Part shown: in pieces, positions 19,345 to 29,351 of the stretch
How positions within the stretch are numbered: position 1 is the stretch's first letter
How the letters are laid out: each line of letters begins with the position of its first letter
The notes under the pieces: model-generated
What the model saw: only the letters and a program-made list of their open reading frames with translations
What the model was told of the DNA's origin: nothing
Database searches by the model: none
Position numbers and translations under genes: made by a program
DNA from: Candidatus Cloacimonadales bacterium
Lineage (GTDB): Bacteria; Cloacimonadota; Cloacimonadia; Cloacimonadales; JAFGVF01
Assembly (NCBI GenBank): GCA_963663475.2
Contig: CAXXJV010000002.1
Span: forward strand, 160,001 to 224,000
Direction: 5' to 3'
Length of the DNA stretch: 64,000 bases

Positions 19345-20139
19345 ATGTATAAAGTAGGAGTTTTACAGTTCCAACCAAAGCTTATGCAAGTTGATGAAAA
19401 CTTAGCTTATTTAGAGAAGATGTTACAGGATGTTGATGCTGACCTTATTGTTTTACCTGAGTTAGCAACATCTGGATATGTGTTTCAGACAAAGTCAGAA
19501 GTTTTCCAAGTAGCTGAAGATGCCAAAACAGGAAAAACAGCTAAATTATTTACAAGATTAGCTAGTCAACTAAATGTTTCATTAGTTGTGGGTTTCCCTG
19601 AATTAGCTGAAGGAAAAGTCTATAATTCTGCTTCTCTCTTTAACCCAAACGGTGAGATATTTACTTATAGAAAAACCCATCTCTTTTTTGAAGAAAAGAC
19701 TTTTTTTGAAGCAGGGGACAGTGGTTTTAATGTATTTCCAGCTAAAAGTGGAGTAAAAGTTGGTTTAATGATTTGTTTTGACTGGCAGTTTCCTGAATCA
19801 GCCAGAACTTTAGCTCTTCGTGGTGCTCAAATTATTGCCCACCCCTCTAACTTAGTCTTGCCTTGGTGTCAAAAAGCTATGACTATTAGATCTCTAGAAA
19901 ATAGGGTATTCTCTATAACTTCAAACCGAGTGGGTAGAGAAGTTAATGGCGATAAGGAATTATACTTCACTGGAATTAGTCAAATCCTCAATACTAAGGG
20001 AGAGGTCTTGGCTTCTTTCAATAAAACAGAGGAAGGGATAGTTTATAGTCGAATTAATCCTACAGATGCTCTTGATAAGCAAGTTACAGAGCATAATAAT
20101 GCATTTTCAGATAGACGACCTGATATGTACGAAAGATAA
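19345..20139 (+). CDS. Nitrilase/carbon-nitrogen hydrolase family protein
   Basis: E-K-C triad: 'VLPEL', 'YRKTHLF', 'MICFDWQFPE'. Confidence 0.92.
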   Translation: MYKVGVLQFQPKLMQVDENLAYLEKMLQDVDADLIVLPELATSGYVFQTKSEVFQVAEDAKTGKTAKLFTRLASQLNVSLVVGFPELAEGKVYNSASLFNPNGEIFTYRKTHLFFEEKTFFEAGDSGFNVFPAKSGVKVGLMICFDWQFPESARTLALRGAQIIAHPSNLVLPWCQKAMTIRSLENRVFSITSNRVGREVNGDKELYFTGISQILNTKGEVLASFNKTEEGIVYSRINPTDALDKQVTEHNNAFSDRRPDMYER

Positions 20140-20167
20140 GAAATTTTAAAGAAAGAAGGAAATTACT

Positions 20168-21247
20168 ATGCATAGAATTATGAGAAAATTAAACATTCTG
20201 ATAAGTTTGATTTTAATTCTCTTTACTTTTGCATGTGCGGATAAAACTACTTCAACTCAAGCTAGTGAACAAGACCAAGGTCAAATCCCGATAGCAATAT
20301 CTTTAGTTCCTTTAGAAGAGATTGATATTACTGTTACTCAGGCAATAGCTACACTTACAAAGGATAATGATGAAATAAGCCAAGCTCTAACAATTAACCA
20401 GAATACTGCTTTTGCTACTATCAATAATTTAAGTCCAGGAATCTGGCATCTTGAAGTAGAATTGTTTTCTAATGAGTATGCTGTAGCTTTCGGGGAAACT
20501 GATGTAGAAGTCTTTCCTGGTCAAACTTCAGAGGTTAATCTTACCTTAAGACTTAATGACATTACAGGTTCTATTGAAATTCTAGTAGATTGGGAAATTA
20601 ACCAAACTCAGCCTGAACGCTTTTTATTTATAGGAAATTCATACACCTATTATAATGATGGTTTAGAGTACATGTTTAGAAATATTGCTCAATCTAGTTC
20701 AGAAGAATTAACTATTGAAGTTCAATCAATTACTGGTGGTGGACTTACCCTGCAAAATCATTTTCAAAATCATGCTACTCATTCTATGATCTTAAACGGA
20801 AATTGGGATATGGTTATTTTGCAAGAGCAAAGTCAAATGCCTATTTTGGATACTCAATCATTTCTTACCTATGCGAGTAAGTTAGATAGTTTGATAGATA
20901 TTAGTGGGGCTCAAACCTGTTTCTTTATGACCTGGGCAAGAGAATATGATCAAAGCCAAATAAATGGCCTTGCTTCGGCTTACTTACAAGCTGGACAAGA
21001 GCTTGATGCTATTGTAGTACCTGTTGGTCAGATTTTTAATTATGTATATGAAGATGATAATCAGATAAACCTCTACATGGGAGATGGTTCTCATCCTTCT
21101 CTGCATGGTAGCTACCTTGCTGGTCTTACTTTCTATAAAGAATTTTTCAATTATGACCTAAGTGATGTTCTTTATATACCTACAGGAATAAGTATAAATG
21201 AAGCTAATTATCTGAAGGAAAGTGTAGAGAATTGGTATTCGTTTTAA
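20168..21247 (+). CDS. Lipoprotein with Ig/carboxypeptidase-regulatory-like N-domain and SGNH hydrolase C-domain
   Basis: Lipobox 'FTFA-C'; 'FIGNSYT', 'WDMVILQEQS', 'DGSHP'. Confidence 0.8.
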   Translation: MHRIMRKLNILISLILILFTFACADKTTSTQASEQDQGQIPIAISLVPLEEIDITVTQAIATLTKDNDEISQALTINQNTAFATINNLSPGIWHLEVELFSNEYAVAFGETDVEVFPGQTSEVNLTLRLNDITGSIEILVDWEINQTQPERFLFIGNSYTYYNDGLEYMFRNIAQSSSEELTIEVQSITGGGLTLQNHFQNHATHSMILNGNWDMVILQEQSQMPILDTQSFLTYASKLDSLIDISGAQTCFFMTWAREYDQSQINGLASAYLQAGQELDAIVVPVGQIFNYVYEDDNQINLYMGDGSHPSLHGSYLAGLTFYKEFFNYDLSDVLYIPTGISINEANYLKESVENWYSF

Positions 21248-21284
21248 CAAAATAACAATACAAAAATAATATTGGGAGAAAATT

Positions 21285-21644
21285 ATGATAGGAAAACTAG
21301 CTTGGTATGATATACCTGTTTTAGATATGGATAGAGCTTGTAAGTTTTATAGTGAGATTTTTCAAATAGAAATCAAACAAGATTCAGCTGGAGAATACAA
21401 GATGGGGATTTTTCAAACTGAAGGGGCTACTGGAGCTTTAGTGTCAGGTCCAGGATTGACTCCTTCTAAGATTGGTTTTCTACCTTACTTCACAGGTGGG
21501 GAAGATCTAAATAATATCTTGCTTAGGGTGCCTGCAGCTGGGGGGAAAGTTGAATTAGTAAAAACTTCTCTTCAAGATCATGGCTACTATGCAATTTTCC
21601 ATGATACTGAAGGTAATAGACTAGGATTGCACTCTTCCAAATAA
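21285..21644 (+). CDS. VOC/glyoxalase family protein
   Basis: 'WYDIPVLDMDRACKFY', 'FHDTEGNRLGL'. Confidence 0.9.
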   Translation: MIGKLAWYDIPVLDMDRACKFYSEIFQIEIKQDSAGEYKMGIFQTEGATGALVSGPGLTPSKIGFLPYFTGGEDLNNILLRVPAAGGKVELVKTSLQDHGYYAIFHDTEGNRLGLHSSK

Positions 21645-21645
21645 T

Positions 21646-23055
21646 ATGAAAAGGAATACCTACAAGTCTTTTCAATGGTCTCTTTTTACAGCTCTATTTC
21701 GGAAGCTAATTCTCTTTGGTGTTTTTCTCTTAATAGCCAAAGAAATTGGTAAAGAAGACTTAGGTATTTTCCGAGAATTTTCATTAGTTATTGCCATTTT
21801 TGCTTCAATTTCATTTTTTGGTTTTAAAGACCTCTTAATCGTTAAAAAAGAAAGTACTAAATCACTTTTTCAAGAACTTCTTCAATTCTCTATTATTATT
21901 GCCCTTTTTTCTAGTCTGGCCCTCTTCTTGCTTGGTCCACGCATAGGACAATATTATAAGAGTAGCCTTTTAGGAGACTTGCTAGTCAGCTTGAGTCCTC
22001 TGATCGGACTTGAGATTTTTAGACTAGCCTTAAGGAGCTATTATCAGAAGAAACTTAGATTCAAAGCCTTAGCAATTATAGAAACAGTTAATGTCCTAGT
22101 TTATTCTGCTTTAATAATCCTCTTCCTATTCATTAGCTTAGATATTAAATCCTTAATTATTATCTTTTATTTTGGTAATTTAGTGGAATTAATCCTCTTA
22201 CTAGCCATGGAGTCTTCCTTAATGAAAGAAACTCTAGGCAAGGTCTTTTCTTTTAGCCTCTTAAAAGATTTTGCTTTAAGCTATAAGAGGAACAAAAAGT
22301 TTCTGCTAACTGCTAGTTCCAATAATCTACTTTCAATGCTGATCAATGATTTACCAGTCATTGTCTTAGGCATTCTTTTCAACCCTGCCTTGATAGGCTT
22401 ATATTATTTGGCAAATCAACTAATTGGCCAGCCAGTAGTCTTAGCCTGTAATTCACTAGGACAAGTTCTTTTTCCTACTTTTACCTTGATGACAAAAGCA
22501 GAGATTAGGGAGAGAATTGCTAAGTTCTTCAGAATTGTTACCCTCTTAGCTTTTCCACTCTTCTTCCTCTTCGTGATTTATGTTCTAAATCTGGTTCCAC
22601 TTGTGTTAGGTGATAAATGGAATCAAGCCCTTCCTATTGTTAGTATCTTAGCCTTCTCCCTAGCAACTACCATGTTGATGAATCCTATTTCTAGTCTTCC
22701 TTATGTTTTTCAACTTCCCCATATTGAAATGATTTTCATGATTATTAACCTATCAATTAAATCATTGGCTATTTATCTTGGTCATTCTGCTGGTTTCGAA
22801 ACAGCTCTTCTTTACTATGTAATTGCTAGTATGCTGATTCATTTAGTTTTTATATCCCTGGTAACTAAATTACTTGAGGGGTCTATTGTTAAATCTCTTG
22901 TGAGTATCCTAATCAAAAGTATTCCAACCTTGCTTTTAATCCTTATTTATCAACTCTTAGGAGACTGGACTAGCTTCTATAAGCTCCTTTTACTTTCTAT
23001 ACTGATTCTTATATATCTTATAATAGCTAAGCGGTTAGGGGCTTTTAATAAATAG
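21646..23055 (+). CDS. Wzx/MOP-family oligosaccharide flippase
   Basis: About 12-14 TMs; 'IGLYYLANQL', 'VLFPTF', 'LGDKWNQALP'. Confidence 0.85.
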   Translation: MKRNTYKSFQWSLFTALFRKLILFGVFLLIAKEIGKEDLGIFREFSLVIAIFASISFFGFKDLLIVKKESTKSLFQELLQFSIIIALFSSLALFLLGPRIGQYYKSSLLGDLLVSLSPLIGLEIFRLALRSYYQKKLRFKALAIIETVNVLVYSALIILFLFISLDIKSLIIIFYFGNLVELILLLAMESSLMKETLGKVFSFSLLKDFALSYKRNKKFLLTASSNNLLSMLINDLPVIVLGILFNPALIGLYYLANQLIGQPVVLACNSLGQVLFPTFTLMTKAEIRERIAKFFRIVTLLAFPLFFLFVIYVLNLVPLVLGDKWNQALPIVSILAFSLATTMLMNPISSLPYVFQLPHIEMIFMIINLSIKSLAIYLGHSAGFETALLYYVIASMLIHLVFISLVTKLLEGSIVKSLVSILIKSIPTLLLILIYQLLGDWTSFYKLLLLSILILIYLIIAKRLGAFNK

Positions 23056-23197
23056 TAATAACTAGTATCTTTTTATCCATTTTCTTCTTCACTTTCCCAC
23101 AAAGAAGAGTCTGAATTTAAAAAGAATTAAAAAATACTTTGACAAAATGGTCAAGGGTATTGAAATTGCTTAAATTGAAATTCTAAATGGAGGAATG

Positions 23198-24550
23198 ATG
23201 GCTAAAGGAACCAAGGACCATACATTTTCTTTAGTAGAATACTTAATGATTGTAATGATCGTTGGTATTCTAATTGTATTTATTGTGCCATTTACTCAGG
23301 CTAATCAAGCACAACCAAAAATTAGAGAAATGAAGAATAACGTGAATAGTATCTTGAAGGCATATGACCAAACAGGATTACTTAATGAGCTAAAACTAAG
23401 TGAAATTGAAGATCTTAACCGTGAAGAACTTAACTACTCAATTGGTGTTAATGATTTCTTAAAATATGTTAACTTTGAAAAAGATTTTGCCAAGAAGTAT
23501 CTAAGTTTTACTAAGAAAAAAGATTATCTTAACTTCTTAAAAACTGAAGTTAGACCTCTTGTAAAAGTTGCTTACTTATCAAAATTTGATAAATATGTCA
23601 ATGATGTTAGCTTAGTTAAACTTAATTTTGACTATGATGTACTTCCTAACTTAGGTACTTTCTTAGAAGATGATAAATTCTTTGATTTTTACGATTTAGC
23701 TGAAAGAAGATTTGGTGATTTTGTAACTCCAGGTTTAGAAGAACAATTCAATAATGAGATTATTCAAGTTATTACCTTTATTAAGGGCCTTAAACCAGAA
23801 GATGGATTCTATAACTTAACTTATAATCAAATTAGAAACTTCACTAATATTAATGTAGTTGACCTTAATAAAGTTGAAGATCAATATTTTGCTTATAAAG
23901 TAACTAGAGATTCTACTATTATTGCTGAAACAACTGAGAATTTCGGTAGTAAAGGTGCTCAAATAATCTATAGTATTCAAGATGAAATTTATCAAGTTGG
24001 ACCTAGAAGTGAATACATGGAATTAGGACCTAATTTCTTAGAAGAAAATATTGCTAAACTTCCTGCTCTTAGCCAAGAAAGAGATGCTGCTATTAATAGC
24101 TTTAAAGCATCAATCAAACCTGAGGAATTAGACCTTAATGTTAGTTTAATTTCTGATTCTGATCGTGAATTATTTACTTCTTTTGAAAGCTATATCAAAG
24201 AAAATTTCAAACATCAAGATATTGAGATTTACTCAGAATTCTATAAAAACTTTGATGCTATTATTTCTTCTGCAATTTCTAATAATAAGACTTCTCTAGA
24301 AAATGCTGTTGAAACTCATGATAAAATGAGAAATCCAAGCCAAAAGGCTAAAACTGAAATCACTGAAAGAGTTGATAACTGGGAAAAATTAATTGATGCT
24401 AAAGCAAAACTTGATAACAGAATCAAATCTCTTAACGAAATTAATACTTTGATTAATAAAGTTGAAACTGTTGAAGATTACCAATCTCTTAAAGAAAATT
24501 ATATTAACTCATTTAATGTAATTGATCAAGACTGGTTAATCTTAGAATAA
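23198..24550 (+). CDS. Large type IV pilin-like protein
   Basis: Class III-like signal 'KDHT|FSLVEYLMIVMIVGILIVFIVP' with E5; GGAGG RBS. Confidence 0.7.
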   Translation: MAKGTKDHTFSLVEYLMIVMIVGILIVFIVPFTQANQAQPKIREMKNNVNSILKAYDQTGLLNELKLSEIEDLNREELNYSIGVNDFLKYVNFEKDFAKKYLSFTKKKDYLNFLKTEVRPLVKVAYLSKFDKYVNDVSLVKLNFDYDVLPNLGTFLEDDKFFDFYDLAERRFGDFVTPGLEEQFNNEIIQVITFIKGLKPEDGFYNLTYNQIRNFTNINVVDLNKVEDQYFAYKVTRDSTIIAETTENFGSKGAQIIYSIQDEIYQVGPRSEYMELGPNFLEENIAKLPALSQERDAAINSFKASIKPEELDLNVSLISDSDRELFTSFESYIKENFKHQDIEIYSEFYKNFDAIISSAISNNKTSLENAVETHDKMRNPSQKAKTEITERVDNWEKLIDAKAKLDNRIKSLNEINTLINKVETVEDYQSLKENYINSFNVIDQDWLILE

Positions 24551-24568
24551 TAAAATTAAGAAGGGTGT

Positions 24569-24889
24569 ATGACTGATAATACTAATACTATCCAGAATTT
24601 CAAGATTAATTTTGATAGTTTATTGAAGTTAGGGTATGGCGTGATTGATGTAAGATATAAAGATTATGATCTTACTTGTGGTGGATTTAAATATATCATT
24701 ACACTTATCGAAAATGATAGAGACACTTTCTATATTGATATGCTTAAACAGTATAGTGGAACTGAATTTAAACAAAATGAAGTTTTAGATGTTTGGAAAA
24801 ATATCTTAGACCATAAAGTTAAAATGTCACAAGTCCTCAATAGAGACGTTTCTATAAAAGTTGCTACTTTAGATTTCCTTGAATCTTAA
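24569..24889 (+). CDS. Small hypothetical protein (DUF4032-like C-terminal motif)
   Basis: 'WKNILDHKVKMSQVLNRDVSIKVATLDF'. Confidence 0.65.
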   Translation: MTDNTNTIQNFKINFDSLLKLGYGVIDVRYKDYDLTCGGFKYIITLIENDRDTFYIDMLKQYSGTEFKQNEVLDVWKNILDHKVKMSQVLNRDVSIKVATLDFLES

Positions 24890-24914
24890 AGTAGAAAAAT
24901 GCTATTTAACTTTT

Positions 24915-24938
24915 GAGGGCTTTTATGCCCTCTTTTTG
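24915..24938 (+). terminator. Putative intrinsic terminator
   Basis: GAGGGC-tttta-tGCCCTC followed by TTTTTG. Confidence 0.55.
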
Positions 24939-24950
24939 TTTGGAGGTTTT

Positions 24951-25352
24951 ATGCTGGAATCTACTCTGCTACTTATTAAAGCTAATGCTGTGAAACATAA
25001 ACATGTAGGCGAAATTATCTCAATTATTGAGAAAGATGGATTCACTATCCAAGATATTAAAATTTTTACATTTGACCAAGAATTAATCAAAAACTTCTAC
25101 AAAGACCATTTAGGTAAGGCTTTCTTTCCTAATCTCCAAGAATTTATGATGTCTGGACCAACCATTGCCCTAAAACTTCAAAGAGATCAAGCAATTATGA
25201 GATTAAGACAACTTAATGGAGATGCTGATCCTGATAAAAGAGAAGCTGGTACTATAAGAGCTCTCTATGCTGATACTATCACTGCTAATGCAGTCCATTC
25301 TTCAGATTCTCAGGCAAATGCAATAAGAGAATTAGCTATTATTTTCCCTTAA
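24951..25352 (+). CDS. ndk: Nucleoside diphosphate kinase
   Basis: ATG 24951 after GGAGG; 'TLLLIK', 'GTIRALYA', 'NAVHSSDS' catalytic His. Confidence 0.93.
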   Translation: MLESTLLLIKANAVKHKHVGEIISIIEKDGFTIQDIKIFTFDQELIKNFYKDHLGKAFFPNLQEFMMSGPTIALKLQRDQAIMRLRQLNGDADPDKREAGTIRALYADTITANAVHSSDSQANAIRELAIIFP

Positions 25353-25544
25353 TCCCAAGTAGTGCAGTAGAACTTTAGTAATACTTCGCTAAAACTAGGT
25401 ATCACAGGTGAAGAGTGCAGAAAAATATGTGCTATTCGCAAAGGTCTACAATCTCCATCTGAAGTCCCTTACCTAGGGTTGAGGAAGTCCAGTCTACCAA
25501 TATCAGTCCGAAGTCCCTTACCTAGGGTTGAGGAACTCCGGTCT
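25349..25544. repeat. Cluster of REP-like modules between convergent ndk and M28 genes
   Basis: TTAATCCCAAGTAGTGCAGTAGAACTTTAGT at 25349; two copies of GAAGTCCCTTACCTAGGGTTGAGGAA(G/C)TCC(A/G)GTCT at 25461 and 25510, reverse complements of units at 47562-47745. Confidence 0.85.
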
Positions 25545-25555
25545 GGTATAAAAGT

Positions 25556-28444
25556 TTATTTCATAAGAATCATTTTATTAGTTTGACTTAACCCCTTGTC
25601 GGTAGTTAATTTGTAAAGATAAAGTCCAGAACTTAACTCTTTGCCCTGCTTATCTTGTCCATCCCATGACATCATATGCTGTCCTGTAGCAAGATTATTT
25701 CTTTTATGGCTATAGACTAGTTGCCCTTTAATATTATAAATCTTTAGGTGGATATCAGCCTTTGTCTTTAAGTAAAAACTAATTGTGGTTGCTGGATTAA
25801 AGGGATTAGGATAGGAAGATAGTCTTAAAGCAGATTCAAGCTGGTTTATCTCATTATCATGATTTGCTACACTCTCATTGAAAGACATTAAAGCTTGGTT
25901 AAGAAAATCTTTAGCTTGGTGATTCTTGATAAAGTAGAGTGGGATAGAGGTAAGTATAACTTGAGAGTTCTCTAGTTCCTTACTAACAGCTACAATATAA
26001 TCATCAAAGTCATTTTGCGGGGAAGTAGTTAAATCTGATTGATAGGTTAACAGATTTTGAACAGAGTCATCATCACTAGTTACAAGGGCTTCTAAACTAA
26101 AAACTCTTCCGTCAAAAGTTGGATAAATTTTATCAGGATCAATTTCTAAGTCTGGAATATCCCAATAGATTGATTGTCCTCTAGCGAACCTAGCAGAAGA
26201 ATTGTTATCTACCTGGTTAATACCAAAGACTTGGTTAGCTAAATCATTTGGGGTGAATGTAGCAGGATAAGTTTCATTGTTTAGTCCTAAGAAACGCAAA
26301 GGATCTGCTGCAGAGATTAAAAGGTTACCGCCTAACTGACTGTAGTTATTTAGGATTGGGACTAATTGAGAATTAGTAGTTGTTGAGAAGGAATTTTTAA
26401 AGATAATAAGGGTAGAGTAGATACCGATAGTTTCAATTTTTATTTCTTCTAAATCACTGGCAAGAATTAAATCATAAGAAAAATCATCAAGACTTTGCTC
26501 ATAGAAGCTCTCAATAGCTGTTTGGGCAGGGAAGAGAAGGTTAGATTCTGAGAAAGTAGTAAAATCTAGGATTCCTATACCTGCATTGAAGCTTAAAGGT
26601 CTGCTGACAATACTTTCAGAATAATCACTTTCATTATCATCAAAATCGTAAGCAGTAACTACATAGTTGTACCAAGAATGGTCTTGAACATCGTTGTCAA
26701 TATAGCTAGTAAGATCATTAGAAATACTTGCTAATAGACTATAATCACTTTCATTTTCTGCTTTTCTATAGATCTTGTAGCCTGCTAAATCTAATTCAGA
26801 ATTAGCCTGCCAAGTAAAGCTAATCTCATTAAGACCTGGTTGATGACTAAAGTTTTCAACTATTCTTGGTCTACTTTGAGGAGTGATAAATCTTGTTTCA
26901 CCAAAAGATATTGAATCGCTCCAGTGGGTGAAAAGTGTTACTTCATAAGGGGTATTATCTTCCAAATCTTCTATTGTATAAGAGTTGGAAATTGTGAAAA
27001 TTGAATTAAGTTCATCAGTAATAAGATTTTTAATATCTAACTTGTATTCTACATCCCATATATTAACTTCATCCCAAGATGCGTTAACGGAAGTTCCTGA
27101 ACCAGTATCTTCAAGGGTGAAGTTCTCAGGAGAAGGCATTAAATTACCTACAGAAATAGCTGTAGATGCTACAAGCTTGATAAATTGGGCAGCATAGTCT
27201 GGATTAGTGTTTTCACTTATGTCTTGGTCTGAATGATAATAGGGAGAGAACTCATACTCAGCAAAGAAAATTGCTTTAAAACCATTAGAATGATAGGCCC
27301 AGCTATCTGACCCAGTAATAGAAGTATCTAGGGCAAAAGTAGTCATATCCAATTCTGAGCTATTAGCAAGGGCTAGATTTGTAAGTCCTTCTGCTCCAGG
27401 ATAGTTTCTTAGAGTAAAGATATAATCATCTGAAGGAGAATTTGAAATCATATCACTGTTGAGCATGGCTACGACATTAACATTATTATCTGCTAAATAC
27501 TCAGCATCATGATAGCCACCAAAAAGACCAAACTCCTCCATAGCAAAAGTAACAAATCTAAGGGAATTATTGAGTTGAATATTGTTTTCTTTTAGAACAC
27601 GAGCTGTTTCTAAAACAGCTGCTGTTCCACTAGCATTATCATCTGCTCCAGGTGCATAAGTATATGCTTCATTTATATTTGGAGTAATTATTGAATCATG
27701 ATGACCACCAATTACTACATATTGGTCAGGAAATACAGATCCTTCTTCAATACAAACTACATTATACTGCCAAGTGTTGTAGTTATTTACATAGAAGGAA
27801 TCTATAGCTACATTTGTGTAGCCAAAACGAGTAAACTGACTAGCTATCCAGTCTGATATTTCTCTTCTATTGTCTAAAAGAGCAAAGCGAGAACCGTAGT
27901 CTTCTAAAGTCTGTATGTAAGAAGCTATTGAATCAGCATTAACAGACTCAAGAACTTGATCAAGATCACGAGTAATATTGGTATCTAAGCTTGTTTGTTT
28001 ACTATAAGAAGAAGCTTTATTACGGTAAAGTTTGGAACTTGTTCTGACAGGTATAAATTTAATTCCTGCCTGGGGAAGGAGATTATCAGGTCTTATTTGT
28101 GCTTTCTCAAGTCTAATTTTATCATTAATTAATATCTCATCTAAATAAGCTTGTTTTTGCAGTTGAAAGCCTGGTTTAGCTGAAATTATATAAAGTGGAG
28201 AAGTATTATTATCACTGGTCAAAAGCCTATAAGGTATTTTAGCTGCATCTAGATCAGCAGTTTCTTGAGGTGAAACTAGCAGGTAATCATCCATCTCAAA
28301 ACAGAGTTTTACATTAAGCTCTTCTAATTTATTTAGTGACTTGTGATCTGTTTTTTGAACTTCTATAATGGTTTGTGAGTCAAGTAAAGTTGAGAAAGAA
28401 CCTACAAAAATTAAAAGTGTTAGCAATAAGCTGTTCTTGGTCAT
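25556..28444 (-). CDS. Secreted M28 aminopeptidase with FN3 domains and T9SS/FlgD-like C-terminal domain
   Basis: 'GGHHDS', 'GADDNASG', 'MEEFG', 'NSDM', 'YYHS'; FN3 'WQANSELDLAGYKIYR'; CTD 'YPNPFNP...WDGQD...SSGLYLY'. Confidence 0.92.
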   Translation of the reverse strand: MTKNSLLLTLLIFVGSFSTLLDSQTIIEVQKTDHKSLNKLEELNVKLCFEMDDYLLVSPQETADLDAAKIPYRLLTSDNNTSPLYIISAKPGFQLQKQAYLDEILINDKIRLEKAQIRPDNLLPQAGIKFIPVRTSSKLYRNKASSYSKQTSLDTNITRDLDQVLESVNADSIASYIQTLEDYGSRFALLDNRREISDWIASQFTRFGYTNVAIDSFYVNNYNTWQYNVVCIEEGSVFPDQYVVIGGHHDSIITPNINEAYTYAPGADDNASGTAAVLETARVLKENNIQLNNSLRFVTFAMEEFGLFGGYHDAEYLADNNVNVVAMLNSDMISNSPSDDYIFTLRNYPGAEGLTNLALANSSELDMTTFALDTSITGSDSWAYHSNGFKAIFFAEYEFSPYYHSDQDISENTNPDYAAQFIKLVASTAISVGNLMPSPENFTLEDTGSGTSVNASWDEVNIWDVEYKLDIKNLITDELNSIFTISNSYTIEDLEDNTPYEVTLFTHWSDSISFGETRFITPQSRPRIVENFSHQPGLNEISFTWQANSELDLAGYKIYRKAENESDYSLLASISNDLTSYIDNDVQDHSWYNYVVTAYDFDDNESDYSESIVSRPLSFNAGIGILDFTTFSESNLLFPAQTAIESFYEQSLDDFSYDLILASDLEEIKIETIGIYSTLIIFKNSFSTTTNSQLVPILNNYSQLGGNLLISAADPLRFLGLNNETYPATFTPNDLANQVFGINQVDNNSSARFARGQSIYWDIPDLEIDPDKIYPTFDGRVFSLEALVTSDDDSVQNLLTYQSDLTTSPQNDFDDYIVAVSKELENSQVILTSIPLYFIKNHQAKDFLNQALMSFNESVANHDNEINQLESALRLSSYPNPFNPATTISFYLKTKADIHLKIYNIKGQLVYSHKRNNLATGQHMMSWDGQDKQGKELSSGLYLYKLTTDKGLSQTNKMILMK

Positions 28445-28522
28445 ATCATGCTCCTAAGTTATAATTTTTTTAACTAATATAAATATAAAGGGAAACTGCT
28501 CTAAGGCAATTATTAAGAAATC

Positions 28523-29089
28523 CTATTGGCCAATTACTCCAAAGAAAAAGAATCTAAGTAGGTCTTCTGATTGGTCATCAACTGAAGAATAGAAGCTGGA
28601 AAACTCCTTGTCACTCATGGTATCAATCATTACTCTTTTGTAGAGGCAGAGTAGTTTGTCAGCAGTAAATCTTTGCTTAATTCCCATTTTTTCAGACTCA
28701 AAAATAATAAACTGTATCATTCGTTGATTAATATATTCAATTTTCTTTTGGCAGATAGGGTTATCATTTGGTCTAAGAATATTGAGATCTGTATAAAAAA
28801 GTTGAGAATAGCCTGAGTGGTGACTTTTTTTTTGACTTATAAACTTATCAATTTTTTGGGTAAAAGAGGCATCTGAATCAAAGATTTTGATCATTTCCTC
28901 AGTATGTTTATCCATTTGCTTTAGCCACCATTGAAAAAAGCAATCATACTTATCTTTAAAAAACTTATAGAAATTTACCCTATTAATATCTGCTTCTTGA
29001 CATAGCTGTTTAACAGTTATTTTCTTTACACCAAATTCTCTGTATAGTTTATCACAGCTTTCGAATATTTTGTTTTTAATATTTTCCAT
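28523..29089 (-). CDS. TetR/AcrR family transcriptional regulator
   Basis: HTH 'GVKKITVKQLCQEADINRVNFYKFFKDK'; ATG 29089 with GGAG RBS. Confidence 0.88.
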   Translation of the reverse strand: MENIKNKIFESCDKLYREFGVKKITVKQLCQEADINRVNFYKFFKDKYDCFFQWWLKQMDKHTEEMIKIFDSDASFTQKIDKFISQKKSHHSGYSQLFYTDLNILRPNDNPICQKKIEYINQRMIQFIIFESEKMGIKQRFTADKLLCLYKRVMIDTMSDKEFSSFYSSVDDQSEDLLRFFFFGVIGQ

Positions 29090-29130
29090 GATTTCTCCAA
29101 TCATTTTTTTTCATTTTCTGAAAATACACT

Positions 29131-29303
29131 TATATGTCAAACAATTTTACAGATATTTTACATTTAAGAAGAATTAAAAAGGTCTAAATATGTAAGTTAC
29201 TGCTTTACATGAAATTATTGCATTACACTTGGGAAACAGTAAAATAACATAAAATTTATAAAATACTGACTTGAAAAATATATAAATTATTGTTTGACAT
29301 ATA
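29131..29303. promoter_or_regulatory. Mirror-image divergent promoters or operator pair (15-bp inverted repeat containing TTGACA)
   Basis: TATATGTCAAACAAT (29131-29145) is the exact reverse complement of ATTGTTTGACATATA (29289-29303). Confidence 0.65.
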
Positions 29304-29351
29304 TTTAGCAATATGAAAAAAGTGTATCAGAAAATAAAAAAGGGAGACATT

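Noticed and set aside
25461-25544. Mini CRISPR array
   Set aside because: Only two 35-nt copies with a 14-nt gap; they belong to the dispersed REP-like family.
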